DNA of 64,000 nt from Actinomyces sp. (lineage in GTDB: Bacteria; Actinomycetota; Actinomycetes; Actinomycetales; Actinomycetaceae). Position numbers and translations under genes: made by a program. Below, in pieces: positions 1 through 10,235 of this stretch (position 1 is the stretch's first letter; every line of letters starts with the position of its first letter). The stretch is from positions 72,548-136,547 of the forward strand of contig NZ_JAUMUL010000001.1 of NCBI RefSeq assembly GCF_030530635.1. Direction: 5' to 3'. Below the pieces are notes generated by a model. That model ran no database searches. It worked only from the letters and a program-made list of their open reading frames with translations, and had not been told where the DNA came from.

Positions 1-212
1 GAGCCGGTGGGAGTGGCAGCGATGACGTGCCGACCGGACAGGATCTGACTCAGGGCCTCATCCTGATGCGGGTACAGCGGCCGCCCGGTGGACTCCGCCC
101 ACTCGGCGAAGGCCACATAAACCTCCTCCGGCTCCGGTACGCGCTCCGGGTCGTCGGCGGGGATGAGGGCGTCGAGCATGACGTTGAGCGCGGGCGCGGT
201 AGAGGCGGGCAT
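1..212 (-). CDS. DEAD/DEAH-box helicase, N-terminal fragment. The start codon is the complement of 210-212 and the gene continues beyond the window start.
   Basis: The reverse-complement translation starts MPASTAPALNV and reaches a ...LYPHQDEALSQILSGRHVIAATPTGS... helicase motif I (Walker A, truncated at the window edge). It is not in the ORF track because it runs off the edge. Confidence 0.45.
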   Translation of the reverse strand, partial: MPASTAPALNVMLDALIPADDPERVPEPEEVYVAFAEWAESTGRPLYPHQDEALSQILSGRHVIAATPTG

Positions 213-348
213 GCGGCCATCGTCTCACGGTGCCCCGCCGGTTCCGGGACGGCCGGTCCGATCGATACTGGTGCTCGCCTGAGGAGACCCGGCAGCGTAC
301 GTATGTGGCAGGCTAAAGAGCCGCTGTTGTCTCAAGACAGGACCGGAG

Positions 349-1587
349 ATGGACCCCCGCAGCCGAGTAGAAGCCTTTCTGGCGGACTATGCCGCAGCCC
401 ACGCGCAGGTCAAGCCGCTGTTCTTTCCGCCGGATGACGAGGGCGCGTCCGCGGGTGGGCACTCTGCCGTCTTTAGCGGACCCCGCAAGCGGAGGAAGAA
501 CAAGGATGATTCAGGCCCCGATCCTTTCGATGCCTGGAGTCAGGCGATGCATGCAGTTGATGTGGCCCACAGGACCGAGAGGTCCTGGGCGGAGCGCCGG
601 TACGGATTCTCCTCGGAATGCTATTACGGCCCGCAGAGCTGCAAGGTGGAGCGGGTCGAGGAATACGGGAACTGGGCCCGGGTGCGGGTGGCGCGCACCG
701 GCGGCCAGGGCAGGCCCATTATCGAATTCGTCCTGCGCAACGACTCCGGGGACTGGTTAATCGATCGGCTAGACGAGTATCACGACGAGCCGGGACTGCC
801 CCTGGTGCCCGAGGGCAGGCGCGGCAAGTGGCTCCAGGCACCGGATGGGATGGCGCCCTATGAGGACATTCTCCTCAACCCCGAAGTGGACAGCCCAAAC
901 CCCGGTGCGCTGTTTCACGACGGCTGGGCACGCGATCCCGTGGACGAATTCGAGCTGGCGCGGCAGGTCGATGAGACCGAAGGACCCCAGTGGCAGCGGG
1001 CGCTCGCCGAGGCCCAGCGGCGCTCACCGGTCCGACGAGTCAGGGTGCAGACGATTGGCTCCTTCCCACACGGCGGCCTACTCGCTGTGGGCGACGCTGG
1101 CTCGGAGACGACCATGATGTACTCCTGCGCGCTGCGCGTGCCGCCGGGGGATGCCACCGCCCAGGCCCTGCTGGCGACCATCGAGACCAAGCAGGGCCCC
1201 TATGAGCGGGTTGCCGCGGTGCGGGCGGTTCTCGCCGCCGGCGAGCCCGTGCGCTGGCACGCCGCCTCGCTCTTCCCAGGGCGCGGGACCGCTGTGGGCG
1301 TGGACTCGGGCACCGCCGCGATTGTCGACGCCGCCGCATACGTGAGTATGACGCAACGGGAGTGGTGGACCGCCTGGAATACCTTCCCGGAGCGCCGCTG
1401 GGAGAATATGGTCATGTTCGACTGCGGCACCGGGCCCATCGGGGTAATGACCAGCTCCGGATGGGGTGACGGCATCTATGCCGTCTATTGGGGCTTCGAC
1501 GGCGGCGATTGCCCCGTGCAGCTCATGATCGACTACGGAGTCGTCCAGGAGGCGGTGGCACCGCCCCTCGGGCACCTGCGCCCCTGA
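349..1587 (+). CDS. Hypothetical protein. The C-terminal SGWGDGIYAVYWGFDGGD motif is reminiscent of DUF4241-like proteins.
   Basis: 412-aa ORF with high GC3 codon usage and no antisense alternative of comparable quality. Family assignment rests on a motif recalled from memory only. Confidence 0.45.
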   Translation: MDPRSRVEAFLADYAAAHAQVKPLFFPPDDEGASAGGHSAVFSGPRKRRKNKDDSGPDPFDAWSQAMHAVDVAHRTERSWAERRYGFSSECYYGPQSCKVERVEEYGNWARVRVARTGGQGRPIIEFVLRNDSGDWLIDRLDEYHDEPGLPLVPEGRRGKWLQAPDGMAPYEDILLNPEVDSPNPGALFHDGWARDPVDEFELARQVDETEGPQWQRALAEAQRRSPVRRVRVQTIGSFPHGGLLAVGDAGSETTMMYSCALRVPPGDATAQALLATIETKQGPYERVAAVRAVLAAGEPVRWHAASLFPGRGTAVGVDSGTAAIVDAAAYVSMTQREWWTAWNTFPERRWENMVMFDCGTGPIGVMTSSGWGDGIYAVYWGFDGGDCPVQLMIDYGVVQEAVAPPLGHLRP

Positions 1588-1694
1588 GCCCTGGGCAGAC
1601 GGCCCAACCGCCCTGGCAATACCGACTGCGTATGAATATGCGGACGGATGCCGGGTCGCGGCTCGGATTGTGACATGATGCCGCGCGTTCCCGT

Positions 1695-3182
1695 ATGCCC
1701 ACGTGGAAGGCCCGCATAATCATGGATGCTCTCGCCGCCAACCTGCTTTCGGTCGCCGACTGGATCACTGCGCACATCACCATGTGGGTGCTGGTCGGCA
1801 CCGGGCTGTTCCTGACGATCCGCACCCGCGGCGTGCAGGTGCGGCATCTTCCCAACATGCTCCGGGCGGTGACCTCCTCACGCTCCGGCGCTGGCGGCGG
1901 GATCTCCTCCTTCCAGGCCTTCGCCATTTCGCTCGCCGCGCGCGTGGGTGTGGGCAATATCTTCGGGGTGGCCGCCGCCCTGCTCATGGGCGGACCCGGC
2001 GCCGTGTTCTGGATGTGGGTGGTGGCCCTGGTGGGCATGGCCACCGCCTTCTTCGAGGCGACCCTCGCCCAGATCTTCAAGGTCCGTGCCGCCGACGGCT
2101 CCTTCCGCGGCGGCCCCGCCTACTACATGCGCGCCGGTGTGAAAAGCCCGGTGCTGGCCGGTGTATACGCCGTCATCACCCTGGTCACCTGCGGCTTCAT
2201 CATCACCTCCGTGCAGTCCAACGCCGTGGCCGGCACCCTCCTGGGCGCCATCGGCGATAGCGGCTCCGCCATTGAGGGCTTCGGCGGCCTGTCCGCCGCC
2301 CAGCTGGTCATCGCCGCCCTGGTATTCGTATTCACCGCCATGGTCATCTTCGGCGGCATCCGCGCCGTCGCCCGGGTGACCGAGTGGATGGCCCCGATCA
2401 TGGCGGGCATCTACATCGTGCTGGTGTTCATCATCTGCGTGATGCACCTGGGCCGCTTCGCCGAGGTCCTCTGGCTGATCATCTCCTCCGCCTTCGCCCC
2501 CCAGCCGCTGGTGGGCGGCCTGGGCGGCGGCATCCTCGCCGCCGTCGTCAACGGCACCAAGCGCGGCCTGTTCTCCAACGAGGCCGGCCAGGGCACCGCC
2601 CCCAACGCGGCCGCCACCGCCACCGTCGCCCACCCGGTACAGCAGGGCCTGATCCAGTCCCTGGGCGTGTTCATCGACACGATCGTGGTGTGCACCGCCA
2701 CCGCCTTCGTCATCCTCATCGCCGGTCCCGAGGTCTGGGGAGCCGACGGCGCCAACCCCTCCAACCTGACGATCATGGCCGTCTCCCACGAACTCGGCAG
2801 TTGGACCATCCTGCCCATCGCAATACTCATCTTCGTGCTCGCCTACTCCTCGATCATCGCCGCCTACGTCTACTCCGACACCAACGTGTCCTTCCTGACC
2901 GGTGGCAAGACCTGGGCCACCTGGGCGGTGCGCGTGGTCTCCGTCGTGTCCGCCACCGCCGGCGCCGTGCTGTCGCTCGACGTCGTATGGAACGCGGTCG
3001 ACATCGCCATGGCAGTGATGACCGTCACCAACCTGGCCGCCCTCATCCTGCTGTCCAAGTGGGGCGTGGGCGCCCTGCGTGACTGGGAGACCCAGCGCCG
3101 CGCCGGGGTCGAAGAGCCCGTCTTCGTTGGACACGACAACCCCCACCTGCCCGCCGACGTCCCCGGCGATGTCTGGAATTGA
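1695..3182 (+). CDS. Alanine/glycine:cation symporter (AGCS family, TC 2.A.25), paralog 1.
   Basis: Carries the AGCS hallmarks LTIRTRGVQVRH, GGISSFQAF, GPGAVFWMWVVAL and RGLFSNEAG, is multi-TM, and ends GNPHLPADVPGDVWN. An alternative start lies at MDALAANLL (1725). Confidence 0.85.
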   Translation: MPTWKARIIMDALAANLLSVADWITAHITMWVLVGTGLFLTIRTRGVQVRHLPNMLRAVTSSRSGAGGGISSFQAFAISLAARVGVGNIFGVAAALLMGGPGAVFWMWVVALVGMATAFFEATLAQIFKVRAADGSFRGGPAYYMRAGVKSPVLAGVYAVITLVTCGFIITSVQSNAVAGTLLGAIGDSGSAIEGFGGLSAAQLVIAALVFVFTAMVIFGGIRAVARVTEWMAPIMAGIYIVLVFIICVMHLGRFAEVLWLIISSAFAPQPLVGGLGGGILAAVVNGTKRGLFSNEAGQGTAPNAAATATVAHPVQQGLIQSLGVFIDTIVVCTATAFVILIAGPEVWGADGANPSNLTIMAVSHELGSWTILPIAILIFVLAYSSIIAAYVYSDTNVSFLTGGKTWATWAVRVVSVVSATAGAVLSLDVVWNAVDIAMAVMTVTNLAALILLSKWGVGALRDWETQRRAGVEEPVFVGHDNPHLPADVPGDVWN

Positions 3183-3223
3183 CTCCGGCAAGTCCCTCCA
3201 AGCCCCACCAGTAAGGAGCCCCG

Positions 3224-4735
3224 ATGCCCCAACCCGCCTTGAACCTCACCGACGTGGAGGACGTCCTCAACCAGGTTGACGACCTCTTCTACACCTATTT
3301 CCTGGCGGTGCTGCTGATCGCCGTCGGCATCTACGTGACCATACGCACCCGGGGGGTGCAAGTGCGGCATTTCGGTTCCATGCTGCGCGCGGTAGCCACC
3401 TCCCGCTCCGGTGCCGCCGGCGGCATCTCCTCCTTCCAGGCCTTCGCCGTGGGGCTGGCCGCCCGTGTGGGTATCGGCAACATCGCCGGGGTGGCGCTGG
3501 CCGTGGTCGCCGGCGGCCCCGGCGCCCTGTTCTGGATGTGGGTGGTGGCTCTGATCGGCATGGCCACCAGCTTCACCGAGTCGACCCTGGCGCAGATATT
3601 CAAGGAACGCGGCCGTGACTTCACCTTCCGTGGCGGCCCCGCCTACTACATCAAGAACGGCCTCGGCTCGAGGCTGTGGGGCGCCATCTTCGCAGGCATG
3701 TGCATAGTCAGCGTCGGGGTCACCGTGGTCATGGTCCAGACCAACTCCCTGGCCGGTGTAATCAATGCCACACTCCCCGAGGTGGCCCCGTGGATGGTCG
3801 GGGTCGCCCTCGTCCTGCTTACCGGCCCCGTGGTACTGGGCGGGCTCAAGTCCGTCGCCCGCGTCACCGAGGTGGTCGCCCCCTTCATGGCCCTGGTATA
3901 CGTGCTGGTCACCATTGTGGTCATCATCATGAACCTCGGCGAGATTCCCACCGTCTTCGGGCAGATCATCCGGGGCGCCTTCGGTGTGGACCAGGCCCTG
4001 TTCGGCACCGCGGGCGGCATCCTGGCGGCCGTCCTCAACGGTGTGCGGCGTGGCCTGTTTTCCAATGAGGCGGGGCTGGGCACCGTTCCCAACGCGGCGG
4101 GGACCGCCACCACCACCCACCCGGTCCGTCAGGGCCTGATTCAGGCCTTCGGCGTATTCGTCGACACCGGTCTGGTATGCACCGCCACCGGCCTGCTCAT
4201 CCTGTTGGCCACCGATACCTATCAACCTGGAAATGAGGGCTTGGTGGGTGCCGTCCTCACCCAGCAGGCGGTCGCCGAACACCTGGGGGAGTGGACCACC
4301 TGGCCGATCGTCGTGCTGATCTTCGTGCTCGTGTTCTCCACGGTGCTGGGCTGCTACTCCTACTCCCAGGTGAACGTCAACTACCTGGGCGGGGAGAGGC
4401 GTGCCGAGCAGGTATTCGGCGTTGTGCTGACCGCCGCCGCCTTCGCCGGCACCGTGCTCACCCTGCCGGTAGTGTGGGCGCTGACGGACATCGCCCTGGG
4501 ACTGCTCGGCGTGCTCAACCTGGTGGTGATCGTGCGGCTGTTCCCCTGGGTGCGCGGCACCCTGCGCGACTGGGAGGCCCAGCGCGCGGTCGGCGCCCAG
4601 CCGGTCTTCATCGGCCACGGCAACCCCGAGCTGCCCGGTGACGTCCTGCCCGGCGTGTGGGAGCCGCCCGTCGACCCCGCCGCCCCCTACACCCTCGACC
4701 CGGCAGACTCCGTGCCGGAGAACCTGGACTCCTGA
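3224..4735 (+). CDS. Alanine/glycine:cation symporter (AGCS), paralog 2.
   Basis: Shares the same motif set (GGISSFQAF, GPGALFWMWVVAL, RGLFSNEAG). It starts 42 nt after paralog 1. Confidence 0.85.
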   Translation: MPQPALNLTDVEDVLNQVDDLFYTYFLAVLLIAVGIYVTIRTRGVQVRHFGSMLRAVATSRSGAAGGISSFQAFAVGLAARVGIGNIAGVALAVVAGGPGALFWMWVVALIGMATSFTESTLAQIFKERGRDFTFRGGPAYYIKNGLGSRLWGAIFAGMCIVSVGVTVVMVQTNSLAGVINATLPEVAPWMVGVALVLLTGPVVLGGLKSVARVTEVVAPFMALVYVLVTIVVIIMNLGEIPTVFGQIIRGAFGVDQALFGTAGGILAAVLNGVRRGLFSNEAGLGTVPNAAGTATTTHPVRQGLIQAFGVFVDTGLVCTATGLLILLATDTYQPGNEGLVGAVLTQQAVAEHLGEWTTWPIVVLIFVLVFSTVLGCYSYSQVNVNYLGGERRAEQVFGVVLTAAAFAGTVLTLPVVWALTDIALGLLGVLNLVVIVRLFPWVRGTLRDWEAQRAVGAQPVFIGHGNPELPGDVLPGVWEPPVDPAAPYTLDPADSVPENLDS

Positions 4736-4738
4736 GCC

Positions 4739-6220
4739 ATGGACATCCTGAACGAATTGCTCTCAGACGCCTCCAACCTGCTGTTCGGCACCATCCTGAT
4801 CTGGCTGCTATTGGGAGCGGGCGCCTGGTTCACCATCCGCACCCGCGGCCTGCAACTGCGTCACCTCGGCTCCATGATGCGCTCGGTCGCCGGCTCCCGG
4901 TCCGGCGCTCGCGGCGGCATCTCCTCCTTCCAGGCCTTCGCCGTGGGACTGGCCTGCCGCGTGGGCACCGGCAACATCGTCGGCGTGGCGCTCGCCCTGG
5001 TGCTGGGCGGACCCGGGGCCGTGTTCTGGATGTGGGTGGTGGCCCTGCTCGGCACCGCCACCGCCTTCGTGGAGGCCTCTCTGGGGCAGCTGTTCAAAGT
5101 GCGCCGCGGAGACGGCACCTACCGGGGCGGCCCCGCCTACTACATGGCTCGCGGCATGCGCCTGCCGGTGCTCGGCGGCGTGTTCGCCGTCGTCTTCATG
5201 GTGGCCAACGGCCTGGCCATGCCCATGGTGCAGGCCAACGCCATGACCGCCGCGCTGGGCGCCTCCACCAGCCTCAATCCCTGGTGGGGTGCGGCCATCG
5301 TCACCGTGCTGGTCGCCCCCGTGCTGCTGGGCGGGCTGCGTTCGGTGGTACGGGTTACCGAGTGGCTGGCCCCGATCATGGCTACCCTGTACCTGCTGCT
5401 GGTGCTGGTCATCATCGTTACCCATCCGCTGCAGGCAGCCGAGGCGATAGGTGACATCTTCGCCGCCGCCTTCAACCTGCGCGCCGGCCTGGCCGGCACC
5501 GCAGGCGGCATCACGGCGGCACTGCTCAACGGCGTGCGCCGCGGCCTGTTCTCCAACGAGGCGGGCCTGGGCGGGGCGGCCTGCGCCGCCGGATCGGCCA
5601 CCGTGCGCCACCCGGCTCAGCAGGGTTTCGTGCAGGTCTTCGGCGTGCTGGTCGACACCCTGTTCGTGTGCACCGCCACCGCCCTGGCCATCCTGATCGC
5701 GGGCCGCTCCGACGGCGCCGTCTACACTCCCGGCATCACCGGCGACGGAGACCCGGACGTCTCCGGCACCCTGACCCAGACCGCGATTGGGGCTATGCTG
5801 GGGGACTGGACCAGCTGGCCGATGACGCTTCTGGTGTTCGTGCTGGCCTACTCGACCATCCTGGGCGCCTTCTCCTATGCGGAGGTGTGCCTGGACTACC
5901 TCACCCGCACGCCCTGGGTGACGAAGGCGCTGCGCGCGGCCGCTGTCGTCTGCGCCTTCATCGGCGGTGGTGCGGCCCTGGCCACGGTATGGACGCTGGC
6001 CGACGTGCTGCTCGGCATCGGTGCCGTCCTGAACCTGATCGCCCTGGCGGTACTGACCCCGTGGGCGGTCGGTGTGCTGCGCGACTGGGAGGATCAGCGC
6101 GCCCGGGTCACCGCCGGGGTCTGTAGTGCCGCGGACATCCGCTTCGTCGCCGCAGGCAACCCCCACCTGCCGGCCCGACTCCCGGGCGACGTCTGGGACG
6201 AGGATCCCGAATCGGTGTGA
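4739..6220 (+). CDS. Alanine/glycine:cation symporter (AGCS), paralog 3.
   Basis: Shares the same motif set. It starts 4 nt after paralog 2. Confidence 0.85.
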   Translation: MDILNELLSDASNLLFGTILIWLLLGAGAWFTIRTRGLQLRHLGSMMRSVAGSRSGARGGISSFQAFAVGLACRVGTGNIVGVALALVLGGPGAVFWMWVVALLGTATAFVEASLGQLFKVRRGDGTYRGGPAYYMARGMRLPVLGGVFAVVFMVANGLAMPMVQANAMTAALGASTSLNPWWGAAIVTVLVAPVLLGGLRSVVRVTEWLAPIMATLYLLLVLVIIVTHPLQAAEAIGDIFAAAFNLRAGLAGTAGGITAALLNGVRRGLFSNEAGLGGAACAAGSATVRHPAQQGFVQVFGVLVDTLFVCTATALAILIAGRSDGAVYTPGITGDGDPDVSGTLTQTAIGAMLGDWTSWPMTLLVFVLAYSTILGAFSYAEVCLDYLTRTPWVTKALRAAAVVCAFIGGGAALATVWTLADVLLGIGAVLNLIALAVLTPWAVGVLRDWEDQRARVTAGVCSAADIRFVAAGNPHLPARLPGDVWDEDPESV

Positions 6221-6396
6221 CGCGGATGGTCGGCGCCGGAGCAGTGAGATAGCAGACACTGTATATGGCTGGGACATCGAATTGAAATAAAATGCTCATA
6301 CCCTGTACTGGCTGTCGGCTTCGGCGCCGACTACACCAAGTCGGCCCGTTACCGACCGATCGGGGCCCCGTTTCTTGACAGGCCCCGTGCGCCCGC

Positions 6397-7944
6397 GTGG
6401 CGCGTCCCGACTACGTCCGGAGAGTTATGAATCCCACACTCCAGCCGACTGCCGGCTTCTTCGACGGTCCCGCCGCCGCGCTCGAGACCATCTCCGACCA
6501 CCTCTACGGCGAGCTGTTGGCCTGGCTGCTGATCGCGGCCGGCCTGTACTTCACCTGGTGCACGCGCGCTCTGCAGCTGCGTCTGTTCACCCAGATGTTG
6601 CGGGCCATCACCTCCTCCCGCGGAGATGTCGGGGAGGGCATGTCCTCCTTCCAGGCCTTCACTGTGGGGCTGGCCTCCCGTGTGGGTACTGGCAACATCG
6701 TCGGCGTCGCCATCGCCATCACGATGGGCGGTCCGGGAGCCGTGTTCTGGATGTGGATCGTGGCCCTGGTGGGGATGGCCACCGGCTTCGTGGAGTCCAC
6801 GCTCGCTCAGTTGTTCAAGGTGGCTCATCCCGACGGCACCTTCCGCGGCGGCCCCGCCTACTACATCCATCAGGGTCTGGGATCTAAGACGGTGGCCAAC
6901 ATATTCGCGGTCGTGATCACCTTCGTATTCGGCTTCGCCTACGAGGCCACGCAGGCCAACGCCATCTCCAACGTGTTCAAGGGCACCTTTGGTATTGAGC
7001 CCTGGATCACCGCCGTCGTGCTGGTACTCATCACCACGCCGGTGGTCTTCAAGGGCATAAGGCGGGTAGCCGCGATCACCGAGTGGCTGGCTCCGCTGAT
7101 GGCTCTGATCTATGTGGTGATCGCCCTGGTCATACTCGTGCTCAATATCGGTGCCATTCCCGCCGCCCTGGCCTCCGTGGTCAAGGGGGCCTTCGGCGTG
7201 GACCAGGCCCTGTGGGGGTTGGGCGGGGGCTTCCTGGCCGCGGCTCTCAACGGCATCAAGCGGGGCCTGTTCTCCAATGAGGCGGGCGAGGGCTCCGTCC
7301 CCAACGCCGCCGCCACCGCCACCGTGCACCACCCGGTGCAGCAGGGCTTCATTCAGTCCATGGGCGTATTCGTGGACACGATTGTGGTGTGCACCGCGAC
7401 CGCCCTGATCATCCTGCTGTCCGGTGTCTACGACCCCGCCACCGCCGACATCGACGCCGCCGGCACCCTGACCGTTACCTCCGTCAGCGCCGTGCTCGGA
7501 CCCTGGGCAAAGTACCTGATGGCGGTTGTGGTGTTCGTGTTCGCCTACTCCTCCTTGCTGGGCAATTACGCCTATGCGGAGGTGAATATGGACTTCCTGC
7601 GCGGCATGGGCCGCAGCCACTACGGCGTGCGCGCCATGATCGTGGTTGCTGCCGCACTAGGCGCGGTGGCGTCCCTGTCCTTCGTGTGGAACCTGTCCGA
7701 CGTCGCCATGGGAGTCATGGCGATCATCAACATCGTCTCGGTGGTGCTCCTGGGGCGGTGGGCCTTCGGCGCCCTGCGCGACTGGGAGCAACAGCAGCGT
7801 GAGATCAACGCGGGGCTGCGGGACAAGATCTACTTCGTGTCAACCGGTAACCCCTATCTACCGGCGGAATTGCCGGGCGAGATCTGGACCGAGGAGGCCG
7901 AGGCGCGCCGTGAGTCCCAGCCGACCGAACTCAGGGCCGACTGA
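6397..7944 (+). CDS. Alanine/glycine:cation symporter (AGCS), paralog 4.
   Basis: Has the same motifs (MSSFQAF, GPGAVFWMWIVAL, RGLFSNEAG). A 177-bp spacer with an AT-rich stretch precedes it. An alternative start lies at MNPTLQ (6427). Confidence 0.85.
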   Translation: MARPDYVRRVMNPTLQPTAGFFDGPAAALETISDHLYGELLAWLLIAAGLYFTWCTRALQLRLFTQMLRAITSSRGDVGEGMSSFQAFTVGLASRVGTGNIVGVAIAITMGGPGAVFWMWIVALVGMATGFVESTLAQLFKVAHPDGTFRGGPAYYIHQGLGSKTVANIFAVVITFVFGFAYEATQANAISNVFKGTFGIEPWITAVVLVLITTPVVFKGIRRVAAITEWLAPLMALIYVVIALVILVLNIGAIPAALASVVKGAFGVDQALWGLGGGFLAAALNGIKRGLFSNEAGEGSVPNAAATATVHHPVQQGFIQSMGVFVDTIVVCTATALIILLSGVYDPATADIDAAGTLTVTSVSAVLGPWAKYLMAVVVFVFAYSSLLGNYAYAEVNMDFLRGMGRSHYGVRAMIVVAAALGAVASLSFVWNLSDVAMGVMAIINIVSVVLLGRWAFGALRDWEQQQREINAGLRDKIYFVSTGNPYLPAELPGEIWTEEAEARRESQPTELRAD

Positions 7945-8000
7945 TATTCGACGCCGCCCGAGCCTGCGCCCGGCAGCGGGCGATCATCTAGGGTCGGGTC

Positions 8001-8828
8001 ATGAAGATCGCACGCTTCTCCACCGGAGACGAACTCCGATACGGCATTGTCGACGGCCTTCCCGTTGCTGAGCCCACGCCCTCCGGAGAATCCCCCGGAC
8101 GCCTGCTGGTGCTCAGAGGCGACCCGCTGTACACCTCCCCCGAGGCAACGGGGGAGGTGATACCGCTGGACGAGGTGCGTCTCCTCTCCCCGGTGATTCC
8201 CCGGTCCAAGGTGGTGGGTATAGGTAAGAACTACGCCGCTCACGCCGCGGAAATGGGCGCAGTCGCTCCCGCCGAACCCATCGTCTTCCTCAAGCCCAAC
8301 ACGGCGGTCATTGGCCCCGACACTCCGATCGTGCTGCCCGACTGGTCCGGAGAAGTGCATTACGAGGCCGAACTCGCCGTCGTCATCAAGTCCGTGGTCA
8401 AGGACGCCTCTCCGCAGCAGGCGGCTGCCGCCGTCCTCGGCTATACGGTTGCCAATGACGTGTCTGCGCGTGATTGCCAACGCGCCGACGAGACCTGGAC
8501 GCGGGCCAAGGCCTTCGACACCTCCTGCCCACTCGGCCCCTGGATTGAGATCCCTGAGACGTCCGCGGATCACTCGGACTTCGATCCCGCCGACGCCGTG
8601 GTACGCGCCCGCGTCGACGGGCGGGTGGTGCAGGAGGGGACCACCGCAGACATGATCCGCCCCGTGCCCGAACTGATCGCCTATGTCTCACGTATATTCA
8701 CCTTGCTCCCCGGCGACGTTGTACTGACCGGCACGCCCGCCGGCGTCGGTGAAATCCGCGCCGGCCAGCGCGTCGAGGTCGAGGTAGAGGGCATCGGCTC
8801 CTTCGGAAACCCGGTTGTGGGCAGCTGA
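8001..8828 (+). CDS. Fumarylacetoacetate hydrolase (FAH) family protein (2-keto-4-pentenoate hydratase/HpcE-like).
   Basis: 275 aa with FAH-fold motifs VVGIGKNYAAHAAEMG and HYEAELAVVI. Confidence 0.75.
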   Translation: MKIARFSTGDELRYGIVDGLPVAEPTPSGESPGRLLVLRGDPLYTSPEATGEVIPLDEVRLLSPVIPRSKVVGIGKNYAAHAAEMGAVAPAEPIVFLKPNTAVIGPDTPIVLPDWSGEVHYEAELAVVIKSVVKDASPQQAAAAVLGYTVANDVSARDCQRADETWTRAKAFDTSCPLGPWIEIPETSADHSDFDPADAVVRARVDGRVVQEGTTADMIRPVPELIAYVSRIFTLLPGDVVLTGTPAGVGEIRAGQRVEVEVEGIGSFGNPVVGS

Positions 8829-8932
8829 GCCGCGGTCGTGGACCAGGCCCCGCCGATCTCGGCTCGCAAGAGGTTCGGCCGGCCGAGCACGGCACTGAAC
8901 CGCGCCGCCTCGGTGTCGGCCGCTCGACTGCT

Positions 8933-10204
8933 TCAGCCGTGCAGGCGGGCGACGGCGTCAAGCAGGCGCTGCCCGATCTGTTCCGCAATGCCCCGACCCG
9001 TGGCCAGATTCAGGCGGCAGTAGGACTCGTAACCGACGCCGAAGGCCGCGCCGTCGTTCATGGCCACTCCGGGCTCGCGGCGGAAGAAGTCCGCCGGGCC
9101 GACACCCTTGTGCAGGGGCAGTTCCGAACAGTTCAGCCAGGCCAGGTAGGTGGCGGATGGCGCCGTCATCTCCACGCCTTCCACCTCGGTCAGCAGCTGT
9201 GCCATGAACTGCGCATTGGCGTGCACGTACCGGTTCACGCAGGCATTCCACTCTCGCCCGTCCTGCAGTGCGGCGACGGTGGCTTGCGCGCCGAGAAGCG
9301 ACGCCTCATACATCAGGTAGTGGGACAGCGGGTTGGCGTCCCAGGCCTTCCGCGCCCCCGCGGAGGCGATCAGTTGAGCACATTTGAGCCCGGGCATGTT
9401 CCAGCCCTTGGAGGCGGCGGTGGCGGTGAAGGTCAGGTCGGGGTCGGTGCCGGCGCGGGAGGCGTAGGGTGTGTGTACCGCGTTCGGGTCCAGCACCAGA
9501 CTGGCGTGGATCTCGTCGGCGAAGACGGGCACCCGGTAACGCCGGGACAGGGCGGCAACAGCATCCAGTTCGGCGGCGGGCAGCACCCGCCCCACCGGAT
9601 TCCACGGGTTGCACAGCACCAGCAGGCCGGCACCGGCGGCCATGGCAGTCTCGATGCGATCCAGATCCAGCGCCCAGGTCACCGCACCTGACGTGTCGGC
9701 CCCGGACAGCGCGGGCACCTGTATGCACTCGCGCCCGTACATGCCGGGAAATGAGAGGAACGGCATGTACGCGGGCGTGGGCACGATGACGGGGCTGTCC
9801 GGGCGGGTGTGATGGGCGATTACGGCTCCCAGGGCAGAGAGCACATCCGGCAGCAGGCTCACATCCTGCGTCTGAACCGACCAGCCGAAGGCCTCGCGCT
9901 GGAAGCGGGCCGTCTCCTCCCGCACCGCCTGGCCGACCTGTGGGGGCAGGTAGCCGTAGGAGCCGTCGGTCACCGCACGCTGGAGTGCAGCCGTGACCGA
10001 CGGCGCCGTTCCCAAGTCCATTTCCGCCACCCAGGCGCCGATCACATCGCCGGGGTAGGCGGTCCACTTCAATGAGCCGCGCTGCCGCATCATGTCTGGG
10101 GTGAGGGCATCGAAGGTCGCGGTAATGGCGGCCTCCCGGGCGGGCTCCGGAATGGCGGACGCGGCAGCCTTCTCAGGCTCGGGCGCACAGGTCGAGTCGA
10201 TCAT
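8933..10204 (-). CDS. PLP-dependent MalY/PatB-family C-S lyase (cystathionine beta-lyase-like aminotransferase class I/II).
   Basis: 423 aa with PatB/MalY-like segments NPWNPVGRV and ASKGWNMPGLKCAQLI; the Lys in SKGWN is probably the PLP lysine. Confidence 0.75.
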   Translation of the reverse strand: MIDSTCAPEPEKAAASAIPEPAREAAITATFDALTPDMMRQRGSLKWTAYPGDVIGAWVAEMDLGTAPSVTAALQRAVTDGSYGYLPPQVGQAVREETARFQREAFGWSVQTQDVSLLPDVLSALGAVIAHHTRPDSPVIVPTPAYMPFLSFPGMYGRECIQVPALSGADTSGAVTWALDLDRIETAMAAGAGLLVLCNPWNPVGRVLPAAELDAVAALSRRYRVPVFADEIHASLVLDPNAVHTPYASRAGTDPDLTFTATAASKGWNMPGLKCAQLIASAGARKAWDANPLSHYLMYEASLLGAQATVAALQDGREWNACVNRYVHANAQFMAQLLTEVEGVEMTAPSATYLAWLNCSELPLHKGVGPADFFRREPGVAMNDGAAFGVGYESYCRLNLATGRGIAEQIGQRLLDAVARLHG

Positions 10205-10235
10205 GCGCCCAGTCTATGAAGCGCCGCGCATGCCA

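Noticed and set aside
27-437. + strand ORF of 136 aa at the window start.
   Set aside because: It overlaps the minus-strand helicase N-terminus and the start of the 349-1587 gene, and its translation is Arg/Gly-rich and low-complexity.
1588-1694. Possible glycine riboswitch upstream of the first AGCS gene; such riboswitches commonly control agcS.
   Set aside because: The spacer is only 107 nt and lacks the GGAGAG...CACCGAAGGGGCAA-type aptamer cores. No riboswitch-like conservation was seen before the other three copies either.
1878-6277. Long minus-strand ORFs (1878-3191, 2870-4618, 4808-6277, also 6349-7620) antisense to the AGCS genes, with Gly/Asp/His-rich translations.
   Set aside because: These are typical high-GC antisense artefacts. 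The sense-strand transporters have unmistakable family motifs and the antisense products are low-complexity.
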